From positions 1-64,000 of the IMG/VR virus record IMGVR_UViG_3300031994_000061: DNA of 64,000 nucleotides, one strand, 5' to 3'. Below the pieces are notes generated by a model. The model did no database searches, was not told where the DNA came from, and was given only the letters and a program-made list of their open reading frames with translations. The position numbers and the translations under genes were made by a program. The DNA comes from a virus (Duplodnaviria; Caudoviricetes). Shown piece after piece: positions 63,952 through 64,000 of the stretch. Each line of letters opens with the position of its first letter. The first letter of the stretch is position 1.

Positions 63952-64000
63952 TGAAGAAGATATACATAAGAGAGGGACAATTGAGTAAACAACTTCTTTT
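63951..64000 (+). CDS. partial ORF (MKKIYIREGQL...) truncated by the window end
   Basis: ATG overlaps the previous TAA; IxE-type leader. Confidence 0.55.
   Translation, partial: MKKIYIREGQLSKQLL

Noticed and set aside
1-64000. Stop-codon reassignment (TAG to Gln) as in Lak and some crAss-like phages
   Set aside because: Long genes are intact in code 11, and TAG ends genes at natural positions (thyA 54041, 9663, 46711).
1-64000. Bacterial chromosome or prophage origin suggested by parS, clpC, thyA and sigma-70
   Set aside because: Dense short unknown ORFs, phage-type accessory enzymes, a late-promoter class and no housekeeping operons or integrase point to a large lytic phage.

Overview
This 64-kb window looks like part of a large (probably jumbo) lytic phage of a Bacteroidota host such as Prevotella or Bacteroides, using the standard genetic code. 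It has three zones. (1) About 1-19.7 kb: roughly 35 short + strand early genes, driven singly or in short runs by 21 copies of a Bacteroidota sigma-A promoter (TTTG...TAnnTTTG), often overlapped by a stem-loop. This zone also holds tRNA-Leu(UAA), a tRNA-like RNA, two perfect parS palindromes, candidate antisense sRNAs, a UvrD helicase and a variant sigma-70. It ends at a compositional switch near 19.7-19.9 kb, a candidate origin or genome terminus. (2) About 20.9-54.6 kb: middle genes, mostly on the - strand until 50.3 kb, for nucleotide, RNA and protein metabolism (RNA ligase, HNH, aldolase-like protein, AAA ATPase, phosphoesterases, dNMP kinase, thioredoxin, second UvrD, nucleotidyltransferase, Thg1, three GNATs, ClpC, MazG, ThyA). 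(3) Interspersed genes and 54.6-64 kb: genes preceded by TATTTATA whose products carry (I/L)xE motifs, probably head-packaged proteins, including a 1335-aa ART/nucleotidyltransferase polyprotein and an acidic core/scaffold-like gene split at an A10 run. All calls come from reading motifs by eye. No database search or folding program was run, and motif counts are manual.
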